In this document: positions 46,362 through 55,716 of the stretch, piece after piece
How the letters are laid out: every line of letters starts with the position of its first letter
Position numbering within the stretch: position 1 is the first letter of the stretch
Assembly: GCA_017449415.1 (NCBI GenBank)
Contig: JAFSJO010000045.1
Coordinates: 1-61,874, forward strand
Source: Synergistaceae bacterium
GTDB taxonomy: Bacteria > Synergistota > Synergistia > Synergistales > Aminobacteriaceae
Direction: 5' to 3'
DNA: 61,874 nucleotides
Notes under the pieces: generated by a model
What the model saw: the letters and a program-made list of their open reading frames with translations, nothing else
What the model was told of the DNA's origin: nothing
Database searches by the model: none
Made by a program: the position numbers and the translations under genes

Positions 46362-46849
46362 TAAAGGTCGCCTCCATTCAAAATTTTTTCCAACGCAAAC
46401 ACAACTGCGCTCTCTCTAATATCGGCGCGGTTGCCGGGGAAAATCTCTCGAAAAGTCTTCACACCGTCAGCCGACGCGAGACCGAAGCAGACAGTTCCGA
46501 CAGGCTTCTCGAGGCTCCCGCCGTCCGGGCCAGCTATGCCGGTTATAGAGACAGCTACGTCAGCGTCAAAGACCTTCAAAGCTCCCTGAGCCATCTCAGC
46601 GGCGCATTGCTCACTGACAGCTCCGAAATTTCTCAGAGTTTCGTCGCGAACGCCCAAAATATTTTTCTTGGCCTCGTTGCTGTAGGTTACGGCACTGCCG
46701 TTGAAGATTTCAGAGCTTCCGGGGATATCCGTCAACGCCGCCCCGACAAGTCCGCCAGTACATGACTCGGCGCAAGCTATCTTGATGCCGTTGGCCTTGG
46801 CTCGGATCAAAATTCTTTCGGCGAGCGACCTCTTCACTTCGTGATCCAT
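46361..46849 (-). CDS. pncC: CinA C-terminal domain protein / nicotinamide-nucleotide amidohydrolase
   Basis: 162 aa with [22 protein letters not shown] and [12 protein letters not shown]. Confidence 0.85.
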   Translation of the reverse strand: MDHEVKRSLAERILIRAKANGIKIACAESCTGGLVGAALTDIPGSSEIFNGSAVTYSNEAKKNILGVRDETLRNFGAVSEQCAAEMAQGALKVFDADVAVSITGIAGPDGGSLEKPVGTVCFGLASADGVKTFREIFPGNRADIRESAVVFALEKILNGGDL

Positions 46850-47334
46850 GTTATTAACTCCTCGATCCAGCCCGCGTGATGGAAATATGCGTTGTACGAC
46901 TGCAACAGCACGTTAGCCATCAGACCTCCGACGACATCATCGGCCATTATCCCCCAGCCGCCGGGCAGCCTCTCCATCGTGCAGACCGGGAACGGCTTCA
47001 GAATGTCAATCAGCCGGAACAGAAAGAAGCCCGGGATTATGAAGCTCTTTGGGAGCAGGAATATGCTCAGCCACATTCCGGGGACTTCGTCGATGTTGAG
47101 GAAGCTCGGGTCTTTCATGTTGAAGAATTTTTCGGACTTGTCAGTTACGTACACGCCCACGAGAGTTACGAGGACGATCGCCCACAACGGAACGTCGACG
47201 AAGACGCTCACGACGCACGCCGCCGCCGAGCTGACAGTGCCGGGCATACCCGAGGGCAGGAAGCCAAGTCCGAACACGCTCGCGAGCCACACGTAATAAG
47301 GATAATTCTTCATCTCGCTGATCTTTGGCATCAC
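46834..47334 (-). CDS. pgpA: Phosphatidylglycerophosphatase A
   Basis: 166 aa with [27 protein letters not shown] and a GWGIMADD motif. Confidence 0.85.
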   Translation of the reverse strand: MMPKISEMKNYPYYVWLASVFGLGFLPSGMPGTVSSAAACVVSVFVDVPLWAIVLVTLVGVYVTDKSEKFFNMKDPSFLNIDEVPGMWLSIFLLPKSFIIPGFFLFRLIDILKPFPVCTMERLPGGWGIMADDVVGGLMANVLLQSYNAYFHHAGWIEELITWITK

Positions 47335-48635
47335 TAATCAATCACCTTTCCGTATAAATCATTTTCAATTCCTTCCGCAATCTTTACGCGAACCATGTCG
47401 CCGGGCTTCAAGCTCTTCGCGTCGAAACCTTCAACGACAACGACACCATCAACCTCGGGCGCGTCACGGAAGCTTCGGCCATACGCTAAACCCTCTTCGC
47501 TGTCTATGCTCTCGATCAGGACATCAAGCTCGCGACCCTCGAATAATTCGCTCCTGTAGTAAGCTATCTCGCCATTTTGAAGAGCTAAGATCTCGCTGCA
47601 ACGTTCCTTGGCTGTCTTCTCGGAGACTTTCTTGTCAAGCGTCGCGGCCCTTGTGCCCTCCTCTGGTGAGTAGACGAAAGCTCCAACGCGGTCAAATTCA
47701 ATCTCGCGCATGAAGTCGAGGACTTTTTCAAATTTCTTGCGCGTCTCGCCAGGGAAGCCCGTCATTATGGTCGTCCTGAGCGTGAATAGCTCATCGAGGC
47801 TGCGAATGTATCTGAAAATTTTCATCATATGACCCTCGGGGCACGGCCTGTTCATTCGCGACAAAATTTCCGGGTCGACGTGCTGGATAGGGATATCCAA
47901 GTAACGCAGAACTTTCTCACGCGACATCAGGAAGTCGATAAGCTCCTCGCTGACTCTGTTTGGGTGAAGATAAAACAGCCGCAGCCATGTTCCTTTTGGA
48001 AGTTCGCGATCGAGCTCGCTGATTAGAGTTCTGAGGCTCGTGCCGTCGTTGAAGTCGCTCCCGTAGACGGTCAAGTCCTGACCCACGAGGCAGAGTTCTT
48101 TCGCGCCCGCGGCGCACAGCATCATAGCTTCATCTATGAGAGTCTTTAACGGAACGCTCCGAAGCCGCCCGCGTATTGACGGAATGGCGCAATATGAGCA
48201 GAGAGTGTTGCAGCCCTCGCTGATTTTGAGGTAGCGCGTCCAGAATTTTTTATCGAGCGCAGGAGACACAGCGCGGCAGTTGGAGTTGAACGTCCCGCCG
48301 AGAAAGTCGATGATCTTCTCCCACTGCTCGGAGCGCACAAACAAATCGACGCTTGGAAACTCTTCGCGCAGATCTTTCTCGTAACGGTTGACCAGACAGC
48401 CCAACACGATCAGCTTCTCGATCTTGCCGCTGGCTTTGAGGTCTTCGAGGTCGATTATAGCGTCAAGATTTTCTTTCACGGCATCGAGGATAAAGCCGCA
48501 TGTGTTGATGATGACGGCGGAGGCGTTGCCAGTCTCGTCGACGACCTCATGACCGGCCGCCTTCAACAGCGCGCTGAGATGTTCGCTGTCCGCGGTGTTC
48601 TTTGGGCAGCCCATGCTCACAATGAAGATTTTCAT
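47334..48635 (-). CDS. rimO: Ribosomal protein S12 methylthiotransferase RimO (radical SAM MTTase)
   Basis: 433 aa with an N-terminal MTTase cluster (SMGCPKN), the radical-SAM motif CNTLCSYCAIP and a C-terminal TRAM domain. Confidence 0.85.
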   Translation of the reverse strand: MKIFIVSMGCPKNTADSEHLSALLKAAGHEVVDETGNASAVIINTCGFILDAVKENLDAIIDLEDLKASGKIEKLIVLGCLVNRYEKDLREEFPSVDLFVRSEQWEKIIDFLGGTFNSNCRAVSPALDKKFWTRYLKISEGCNTLCSYCAIPSIRGRLRSVPLKTLIDEAMMLCAAGAKELCLVGQDLTVYGSDFNDGTSLRTLISELDRELPKGTWLRLFYLHPNRVSEELIDFLMSREKVLRYLDIPIQHVDPEILSRMNRPCPEGHMMKIFRYIRSLDELFTLRTTIMTGFPGETRKKFEKVLDFMREIEFDRVGAFVYSPEEGTRAATLDKKVSEKTAKERCSEILALQNGEIAYYRSELFEGRELDVLIESIDSEEGLAYGRSFRDAPEVDGVVVVEGFDAKSLKPGDMVRVKIAEGIENDLYGKVID

Positions 48636-48642
48636 GAAGTTT

Positions 48643-49797
48643 TTAATTTTCGTATTCGCCGAAGCTGTCTGTGTCTATGGCTTTAAGCTCAAAAATCTTT
48701 TCGGTGTTGACGCAGAAGTTGTTCGCTATCATGAGGCTTGCCAACTTCTTGCCGTCAAGCAGCATGATCCTTTCGTCGCGCGCACATATCTCGGCCTGCT
48801 CCGAGAAACTCCCGGTGGTCGCGAACATTCCCTTGCCGCCCTTGTCAGCGAGAGCGTCAACAAATTCCAACATATCGGACTTTCCGACTGTCTTTGACGG
48901 TGAGAGCTTACGCGCCTGAATGTAGATCGGAGTCATTCCGGCCTTGTTCTCTAAGATCACGCCGTGGATCAGATCGCTGCCCTCGGCCTCGTTGGTGTAG
49001 CGTGCGTTTTGGAAAGCGCGATATCCCATCTTCGAGAGCAGATCCATGACTAACGCGCAGAACATATCCTGATTGATCGCCGCGACCTTTTCAAGCACCT
49101 GCTCGGCAAGTCTCTCGTTGAAGTTCGCGAGGACTTCTTCGATGTCTCCGAGGCTCTCGGAATTTTTGACCGGCTGAGGCTCAGGCGCGGGGGTCGGCTC
49201 TGGCTCTGGGACGTGAACAGGTTCCGGCTCGACGGGCTGAGGTGGCTCCGGCTCTTCTGCGATCTCCGTATCCATTTCGGGCAGCGGCTCAGGCTCATTC
49301 AGCTCGGCCAACTCTTCTTCGGTGTCGATCGGATCGTCCGAGTCGAAAAATTCTTCGGCCTCCTCTTCAACAGGTTCTTCAATCTCGCCGGACTCTACGA
49401 CCTCGGGGACGACCTCTTCGGGCGCGTCTAAAAATTCCTGCTCCGCGAAGTCGACGGGGATCTCAGCGACAGGCTCAGGCTCAGGCTCGGGCTTGTTGAA
49501 GCAATCATCGTCGATGAACTCCGGGTTAGTCGCAAGGAGGTCAGCTCCGGCGCGTGTAATCATGTAAGTATTCCTTGAGGGGTGCGAGAGAAGTTTTTTG
49601 TTCCTCAGATATGACTTAGCTTCGTTGATGTTATTCCTGAGAGCTGTCTTTTCGGTCGATGACATTTCTTCGAGGTTCTCGCCCATACTCGCAGCGACCA
49701 TTTCAATAATTTCATTTATGGAGAAACTGTGAGGAGCTTCGTCTCGAAAGACCTCCAACAGCGGCTTGCGTATGTCCAAAGCGTCAGGGACAGGCAT
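48643..49797 (-). CDS. mrr: Mrr-like restriction endonuclease with an N-terminal winged-helix domain and a long Glu/Pro-rich acidic linker
   Basis: 384 aa from ATG 49797. It has an Mrr_N-like N-terminus. The linker spans about residues 95-215 (PEPEPEPVAE..EEPVEEEAEE..PEPEPTPAPEPQP). The C-terminal Mrr_cat-like core reads SDLIHGVI..IYIQARK..ATTGSFS. Confidence 0.7.
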   Translation of the reverse strand: MPVPDALDIRKPLLEVFRDEAPHSFSINEIIEMVAASMGENLEEMSSTEKTALRNNINEAKSYLRNKKLLSHPSRNTYMITRAGADLLATNPEFIDDDCFNKPEPEPEPVAEIPVDFAEQEFLDAPEEVVPEVVESGEIEEPVEEEAEEFFDSDDPIDTEEELAELNEPEPLPEMDTEIAEEPEPPQPVEPEPVHVPEPEPTPAPEPQPVKNSESLGDIEEVLANFNERLAEQVLEKVAAINQDMFCALVMDLLSKMGYRAFQNARYTNEAEGSDLIHGVILENKAGMTPIYIQARKLSPSKTVGKSDMLEFVDALADKGGKGMFATTGSFSEQAEICARDERIMLLDGKKLASLMIANNFCVNTEKIFELKAIDTDSFGEYEN

Positions 49798-49858
49798 GAT
49801 TTTTTCACCTTTCTTTATTATTATTACAGCATTATACTTCAAAGGTGGGATTTTTTTC

Positions 49859-50782
49859 GTGAAACGTTTTCTAATGATATTTCTGATCCTGATGTGGGCT
49901 TCCGCTCTGTACGCCGGAGAGTGGGACGCGGATCAGCTTGACGCGCGGCGCGCCATTCCCAACGACATAACACCGCCGGAAAGGCTTGAACCTCTCAACA
50001 TGCTCGAAGCTCTCGACACTGACGAGGGAGTTATAAGGCGCGTGAACGTCCGGGACGGTGAGAGGGTCGTAGCTCTGACATTCGACACTTGCGAGCTTGC
50101 GACGATCACGACAGGCTGCGACATGGCCATCATAAACTTTCTGAGGCTGAACAAGATCCCCGCGACCTTCTTCATGGGAGGCAAGTGGATGCGGACTCAT
50201 GCGCGGCGGGTCAAACAGATCATGAGCGAGGACGAACTGTTCGAGATCGGCAATCACAACTGGTCGCACGGCAACTGCGCTTTGCTCTCCGAAGACGCTC
50301 TGACAAAGCAAATATTATGGACGCAAGCTCAATATGAACTGTTGCGAGAGGACGCGAGGCTCAAAGATATTGCGCCTGTCCCGACGCTGTTCAGGCTTCC
50401 ATACGGCCGCAACAATGAGAGAGCCTTAAAGGTGATCGCGTCGCTTGGTCTCAGGGTCATTCAGTGGGACGTGGCCGCCGAGGTCGGAGACAACACCAAC
50501 GTAAAGCACGCTCAACGCTCGGCCAAGAAAGTCGCCGCAATGACGAGACCAGGCTCGATCCTGCTGTTCCATGCCAACTCAGTCCCCAAAGGAACGGCGA
50601 ACTTGCTGCGATATGTCGTAGAGGAGTTGACGAGCCGGGGCTACAGCTTCGTGAAAGTCAGTGAGCTTTTGAAGCTCGGTGAGCCTGAGACAGTCCGGAG
50701 CGGATACTTCACGACCCCGGGCGACAATCTGCAGCTCGATAAGGAATTCGGATTTGACGGGACGGGACGGAAATCAAAGTGA
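49859..50782 (+). CDS. Polysaccharide deacetylase (NodB homology domain), secreted
   Basis: 307 aa from GTG 49859, 8 nt after AAAGGTGGGA, with a signal peptide. It has LTFDTCE, HNWSH and RLPYG motifs. Confidence 0.8.
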   Translation: MKRFLMIFLILMWASALYAGEWDADQLDARRAIPNDITPPERLEPLNMLEALDTDEGVIRRVNVRDGERVVALTFDTCELATITTGCDMAIINFLRLNKIPATFFMGGKWMRTHARRVKQIMSEDELFEIGNHNWSHGNCALLSEDALTKQILWTQAQYELLREDARLKDIAPVPTLFRLPYGRNNERALKVIASLGLRVIQWDVAAEVGDNTNVKHAQRSAKKVAAMTRPGSILLFHANSVPKGTANLLRYVVEELTSRGYSFVKVSELLKLGEPETVRSGYFTTPGDNLQLDKEFGFDGTGRKSK

Positions 50783-51250
50783 AATGTATTTGTATATGAG
50801 AATGTATAGCGCGCTGCTGAGTCTGTTCAGCACGTGAATAATTTTGAGGGTGTCATTGTCGTCGAAGGCTCTGCACGCGCACAACTCAGTCTCCCGCACG
50901 AGGGCACGCAGAAGATTTATCTCGCTGGCCTCGCGTCCCATGCCGTGATGGAAGACTAAATGACCGCGACCATAAAATTTTTGGGGATTGTGCGAGCGTT
51001 CGTGAATTTCCTCCTCGTCCATTCCCCATAAGGTCATGACCCCCTCAAAGACTTTTTCGCGAGCCTCGAGACCTTGAAGACACCTCACAACCTCGCGGAC
51101 TTCTTCAAGGTCGCTGGTGTACTCGTCATTGTCCGAATGAGCTTGGAATAAAATTATCCGAGCGTTGAGGCTGTCGAGCCGTCCTCGAAGTTCGATCCTC
51201 GCGTGAGTTTTTGAGACCCTCTCGTGAGCGTTGAGACTTGTCTCAGTCAT
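50774..51250 (-). CDS. Cobalamin adenosyltransferase-like protein (EutT/PduO-related, COG4812-like C-terminal domain)
   Basis: 158 aa with HARIELRGRLDSLNARI, SHNPQKFYGRGH and LNRLSSALYIL. The N-terminal ATP-binding segment seen in full-length enzymes is absent. Confidence 0.5.
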   Translation of the reverse strand: MTETSLNAHERVSKTHARIELRGRLDSLNARIILFQAHSDNDEYTSDLEEVREVVRCLQGLEAREKVFEGVMTLWGMDEEEIHERSHNPQKFYGRGHLVFHHGMGREASEINLLRALVRETELCACRAFDDNDTLKIIHVLNRLSSALYILIYKYISL

Positions 51251-51253
51251 CTT

Positions 51254-52192
51254 TCAATTTCCGAGCGTCGCCACCATTACGGCTTTGATGGTGTGCATAC
51301 GGTTCTCGGCCTCGTCGAAGACTTTTGAAGCCTCGCTCTCGAAGACCTCCTCCGTAACCTCCGAACCTTTCACAGCCGGCAGACAATGAAGGAAGATTGT
51401 TGAAGGTTTGCCCGTCGCGTTCATGATCTCCGAGTTGACCTGCCAGCCCCGCAATAATTCGTAGCGTTGCTCCTTCAATGCTTCCTCGCCCATTGAGACC
51501 CACACGTCCGTATACAGAGCGTCAGCTCCCTTTACAGCTTCGCGAGGGTCGTTGATGATTTTTATCTCTGAATGTTTGGCGATCGCCCGGCATCTTTCGA
51601 GGAGGTCTCTATCCGGCTCAAGCTCTTTCGGTGAGCTTACGACGTAATTCACGCCCATCTTGGCACAGCCGATCATGAGAGCGTTGGACATGTTGTTGCG
51701 GCCGTCGCCGAGGTAGACGAGAGTCAGCCCCCGCAAAGTCCCGAAATTCTCGCGCAAGGTCAGGAAGTCCGCAAGAACCTGCGTCGGGTGGTCAACGTCC
51801 GTCAATCCGTTCCATACAGGCACGCCCGAATATTTCGCGAGCGTCTCGACCGTCTCCTGCTTGAAGCCGCGAAACTCTATCCCGTCGAACATTCGGCCTA
51901 GCACCCTCGCGGTGTCCTTTACGTCTTCTTTAGCTCCGAGATGAATATCATTCTTGCCGAGGAACTCTGGGAAAGCTCCCTCATCGTTGCAAGCCACTGT
52001 GAAAGCGCAGCGCGTTCGAGTTGATGACTTCTCAAACAGGAGCGCGATGTTCTTGCCAGCCAAAGAGTTCCCGCGGATCCCGGCACGCTTCTTGGCCTTT
52101 AGATCAGCCGAGAGAGTCAACAAATAATTTATTTCGTCGGGCGTGAAGTCCATGAGCGTCAGGAAGCTCCTGCCCCTCAGATTGATTGCCAT
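51254..52192 (-). CDS. argF: Ornithine carbamoyltransferase
   Basis: 312 aa with the STRTRCAF carbamoyl-phosphate motif, HPTQ and HCLP. Confidence 0.9.
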   Translation of the reverse strand: MAINLRGRSFLTLMDFTPDEINYLLTLSADLKAKKRAGIRGNSLAGKNIALLFEKSSTRTRCAFTVACNDEGAFPEFLGKNDIHLGAKEDVKDTARVLGRMFDGIEFRGFKQETVETLAKYSGVPVWNGLTDVDHPTQVLADFLTLRENFGTLRGLTLVYLGDGRNNMSNALMIGCAKMGVNYVVSSPKELEPDRDLLERCRAIAKHSEIKIINDPREAVKGADALYTDVWVSMGEEALKEQRYELLRGWQVNSEIMNATGKPSTIFLHCLPAVKGSEVTEEVFESEASKVFDEAENRMHTIKAVMVATLGN

Positions 52193-52210
52193 ATCATTTC
52201 TTCTCCTTTC

Positions 52211-52241
52211 AACTCCTAACTCCTCACTCCTAACTCCTCAC
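52211..52241 (-). repeat. Longest heptamer array: (GTGAGGA)(GTTAGGA)(GTGAGGA)(GTTAGGA)GTT between flagellin and argF
   Basis: The + strand reads aac tcctaac tcctcac tcctaac tcctcac. The flagellin TGA stop (52238-52240) lies in the first unit, and the array ends 18 nt before the argF ATG. Confidence 0.75.
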
Positions 52242-54082
52242 TGAAGCAGAAGTCCCATGATGTTCTGCGAGTTCTGGTTGGCTTGCGCGAGCATTGAGTT
52301 TCCCGTGCCGTTCAATATTTGAAGCTTTATGAACTCCATGTATTCTTTCGCCATGTCAGCATCTTTCAATCTGCTCTCAGCCTCTTGCATGTGCTTGCTT
52401 GTCTGGGTTAGGCTGTTGGCGTTGTATTCGAGTTCGTTCTGGTATGAGCCGATCTTCGCACGCTGTGAGCCGACCTTGTGGATCGCCGAGTCGAGCAGCG
52501 TTATGGACTCCGAAGCCCGCGCCCGCGTCGACACGTCAACACGATTAAGGCCAAGAGCTTTCGCTCTCATGTCGCCGATGTTGATGTAGATGTCCTCGCC
52601 GACGTTTTGGCCGATCTGGAATGACGTACTGCGATCATCAATATGAACGATCGTGCTGTAGTCCTCGGCTTCGTTTTGGATCACGTAACGCTTCGTTGTC
52701 TCGTCCCACACTGATCTGACGTTCGCCATAGCGTCGAATGTGATCCCGATGTTGGGGCTGATGACCCCGTCGACTCTGTTGCCGTCCGTCGCGAGATTTT
52801 CGGCGATAGCTTTGCCAGTGTGAGCGTCGTAGATCGACATTGAGAAAATATTTTCCTCGGCCTCCTGTATCGTGTTGAGGTTGAGGGCGTTTATGAGGTC
52901 GTTATTCTCGGACGTGAACGTGAGCTTTCCGTCAGCTCCGGCGATCGCGCTTCTGATTACAAGCGTAGCTTTCGTGGTCGTAACCTCGTCGCGGAATGAC
53001 AACAGCTCTTCGAGATCTTCAGCTTCGTAGTCGCCATAATCGCCCGGAGTGATCTCCTGCGGAGTCCCGAACTGATTTAATATTAATTGCCCGTAAGTCG
53101 CGCTTCGCGTGTCAATGTCTCGCAGATATGCCCGGCTGTAGACGGTCTCGGAGTATCTCACAGCCTCCGACGTGTCCGGCGCGCCGCTCGCAACAGAGCA
53201 GAAATTCTCGCGGTTATCGGCGTAGCTCAACTGTCCCAGATCGTCAGCTATGGCATTGTTGATCTTTCGGCTGACATCGTAGAGAGTGTCTTCAGCATAC
53301 AACACGACCTCGGCGGTCTTGCCGTCTCCCTGAATGATCTGAATTTTCTGAGGCTCGTTCATTATGAAAGCTCCGCTGTTGTCTTTCATGGCTGTCATGT
53401 CGCGCAAGGTTGCCGCCCTCTGTCGCGTCCTCATGACGTGAACAGTATCGCCGTCCGCCGCAGTCTCCTCGGTCAGGTACTCCTCCGACACTTCAAGCTC
53501 AAAGATATTTGACTTTTGAACTTCAGCCTTGCCGGCCTTCGCGGAGATTTCGATTTTGTAATTTCCGGCGGTGTTCTTTCTCTGTCCGAACTGGTCTAAA
53601 GATGTGACGGCTCCGCTGACGCTAAGCGAGACTTTCTCATCGTCCGACGACCATATAGCCGACGAGCTGCCGTCTAAGAGTCTTTTACAGTTGAATGTCG
53701 TGTTGGAAGCTATGTTGTCTATGTTGTCGCGAAGCTCATCAATTTCAAGCTGTATGTAGCTTCGATCCTGCGTGGTCAGAGAGTCGTTGGCCGACTGCAC
53801 AGCAAGCTCTCTCATTCGTTGAAGCATTGAGTTAATCTGATTCAAAGCCCCCTCCGCCGTCTGAAGCATTGAGATACCGTCCTGCGAGTTCCTGATGGCG
53901 CGGTCGACCCCGGCAATCTGCGCCGAGATGTTCATACCCATCGCGAACCCTGCGGCATCATCAGCGGCTGTGGCTGCCCTAAGCCCTGTTGAAAGCGCGC
54001 GCGAGGTGTTCTCAATCGCTTTATTAGTCGCGGTCAGGGCATTATAAGCCATTCTTATGGTGTTGCCCGTTCCTATCATCAT
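52238..54082 (-). CDS. fliC: Flagellin with a very large central variable domain
   Basis: 614 aa. The N-terminal domain (..LSTGLRAATAADDAAGFAMGMNISAQIAGVDRAIRNSQDGISMLQTAEGAL..) and the C-terminal domain (..RAKIGSYQNELEYNANSL..MAKEYMEFIKLQIL..) are conserved. About 385 residues in between are non-conserved. Confidence 0.85.
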   Translation of the reverse strand: MMIGTGNTIRMAYNALTATNKAIENTSRALSTGLRAATAADDAAGFAMGMNISAQIAGVDRAIRNSQDGISMLQTAEGALNQINSMLQRMRELAVQSANDSLTTQDRSYIQLEIDELRDNIDNIASNTTFNCKRLLDGSSSAIWSSDDEKVSLSVSGAVTSLDQFGQRKNTAGNYKIEISAKAGKAEVQKSNIFELEVSEEYLTEETAADGDTVHVMRTRQRAATLRDMTAMKDNSGAFIMNEPQKIQIIQGDGKTAEVVLYAEDTLYDVSRKINNAIADDLGQLSYADNRENFCSVASGAPDTSEAVRYSETVYSRAYLRDIDTRSATYGQLILNQFGTPQEITPGDYGDYEAEDLEELLSFRDEVTTTKATLVIRSAIAGADGKLTFTSENNDLINALNLNTIQEAEENIFSMSIYDAHTGKAIAENLATDGNRVDGVISPNIGITFDAMANVRSVWDETTKRYVIQNEAEDYSTIVHIDDRSTSFQIGQNVGEDIYINIGDMRAKALGLNRVDVSTRARASESITLLDSAIHKVGSQRAKIGSYQNELEYNANSLTQTSKHMQEAESRLKDADMAKEYMEFIKLQILNGTGNSMLAQANQNSQNIMGLLLQ

Positions 54083-54128
54083 GATAAAAAATTTGCCTCC
54101 TGCGTTGAGTTATGACTATTCCTTTTGA

Positions 54129-54156
54129 GTTTCGGCCCTCGGCTCTCGTGTAATTA
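54129..54156 (-). promoter_or_regulatory. Possible sigma28 (FliA/SigD)-type promoter for flagellin
   Basis: The minus strand reads TAAT-N16-GCCGAAAC (-10-like element at 54129-54136), against the textbook TAAA-N15-GCCGATAA. Confidence 0.3.
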
Positions 54157-54161
54157 ATTTC

Positions 54162-55109
54162 GTGCTAGAATTTTCCCGAGGAGTTGGAACAGTGCCGCAC
54201 ATAATAGCAATCGAACATTCAGACGCGCAACGCCGACAGCTGAGCGAGAAGCTAAAGGAGCTTTCAAAGGACGGCTGGCCGCTCAATGGCCGATACGAGG
54301 CTCAGGCTTTCGGGACGTGGGAAAAATTATTTGAGACCGTCATAACGCCGGGGCTATTCGTTCAGCGTGAGGCGATCGTCATTGAGAGCGCGGAGGCTCT
54401 TGGAGATTTTCCCGAGGCTCTAGTGTCGCTGGTCGAGGACGAGAAAGCTGACTGCGTTCTGATCTTGATCTTCGGTGTCGAGCTGAAGACCCTCAAAGCC
54501 ATCAAAAATTCAATTGAACTAATAAAGCCCGAGGCTCAGATCCCGCCGTGGGAGCGTCCTAAGTGGCTGATGACCCTCGCGAAAGAGTCGAAGTTCACGC
54601 TTGAGTCTGACGCGGCTCAACTTCTTGCGGACAGTGTCGAGTCGCAGGAGGAGCTTCGCTCGGAGATCGAGAAGTTCGCGCTCTACTCGGGGGGTCGCAA
54701 CATCAAGGTCGAAGATGTCGAAAATCTTTCGTTCGATGAGGGAGGCCGCTCGCTGTTGATCTTTCTTGACGGGCTGTGCGCTGGCAACGCGTCTGACGTT
54801 TCGAGGGCGTTGAAGTATCTCCGCAATGAGCCACTGCTCCCGACGCTGACGGCTCTGACCAACAGACTGAGGCCGGCTCTGATGCTCTCGTGCTTCAATA
54901 ACAGATACTCGGACGACGTTCTAAAGATGCTCGGAACGAAGAGCTACGCCGCTAAGAAAGCTCAGGCCGCGTTGAAGAACTTCGGAGCCGACAAAATCAA
55001 AATTTTCATGGCGAACGCCGCGCGGCTGTCCTACCTCGAAAAGACGAACATGGCCGAAGGCTGGCAAGGCTTCGAGTTAATAATCTGGGAATTAATGACG
55101 AAAACTTAA
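54162..55109 (+). CDS. holA: DNA polymerase III delta subunit
   Basis: 315 aa with a GTG start. Its length and helical C-terminal pattern (..EIEKFALYSGGRNIKVEDVENL..FLDGLCAGN..ALKYL..) match HolA-like proteins. Confidence 0.65.
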   Translation: MLEFSRGVGTVPHIIAIEHSDAQRRQLSEKLKELSKDGWPLNGRYEAQAFGTWEKLFETVITPGLFVQREAIVIESAEALGDFPEALVSLVEDEKADCVLILIFGVELKTLKAIKNSIELIKPEAQIPPWERPKWLMTLAKESKFTLESDAAQLLADSVESQEELRSEIEKFALYSGGRNIKVEDVENLSFDEGGRSLLIFLDGLCAGNASDVSRALKYLRNEPLLPTLTALTNRLRPALMLSCFNNRYSDDVLKMLGTKSYAAKKAQAALKNFGADKIKIFMANAARLSYLEKTNMAEGWQGFELIIWELMTKT

Positions 55110-55148
55110 CGTGAAGATACTTGAAAATCTGAACGGAGGTTTTAACAA

Positions 55149-55694
55149 ATGAGACACGAAAACACAAAGGGCTTTACGCTCGTTGAACTTTTGATAGTAA
55201 TTGCTATAACGACAACAATCGGCACCGTGATGACTTTGACGGGTGCCAAGGCTTCTGCTTCCCAAAGGGCTACCAATATTATACACGGTTTGGTGAATTG
55301 TAAAAGAGCAGTTTTATCTCTGTACGCCGACAACCCCGACTCGCTTCCCTGCGGCGACATGACCGAGGAGGTCGCGAAGTATCTCAAATCGGAGATCATA
55401 ACCCTCAAAGACGGCGTGAAACACATCAAAGGCAACAGCGCGGACGAAGGATATCTCACGAACGCCGTGTGCAACGTCGTGAAGCCTGACGGCCGAAAGG
55501 TCGATCAGTTGTTCATCGAGTATTACTCGCCAAGCGTGAACTTCGACGAGGACGTTCTGAAAGGACTCGCGCGCTACGCGAAGACATTGAAACTTTACAA
55601 AAGTCCCGAGGATCTCAGCGACGAAAATTTGATATCTGACGGCGATGTCCGAACTCCCTTCTATATGCTCGTGCGGGAAGTCCCGAGCGAATAA
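55149..55694 (+). CDS. Prepilin-type N-terminal cleavage/methylation domain protein (type IV pilin / pseudopilin-like)
   Basis: 181 aa with leader MRHENTKG followed by FTLVELLIVIAI. A GGAGG RBS is present. Confidence 0.75.
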   Translation: MRHENTKGFTLVELLIVIAITTTIGTVMTLTGAKASASQRATNIIHGLVNCKRAVLSLYADNPDSLPCGDMTEEVAKYLKSEIITLKDGVKHIKGNSADEGYLTNAVCNVVKPDGRKVDQLFIEYYSPSVNFDEDVLKGLARYAKTLKLYKSPEDLSDENLISDGDVRTPFYMLVREVPSE

Positions 55695-55716
55695 AAATTT
55701 TTTAAGTTTCAAAGCG

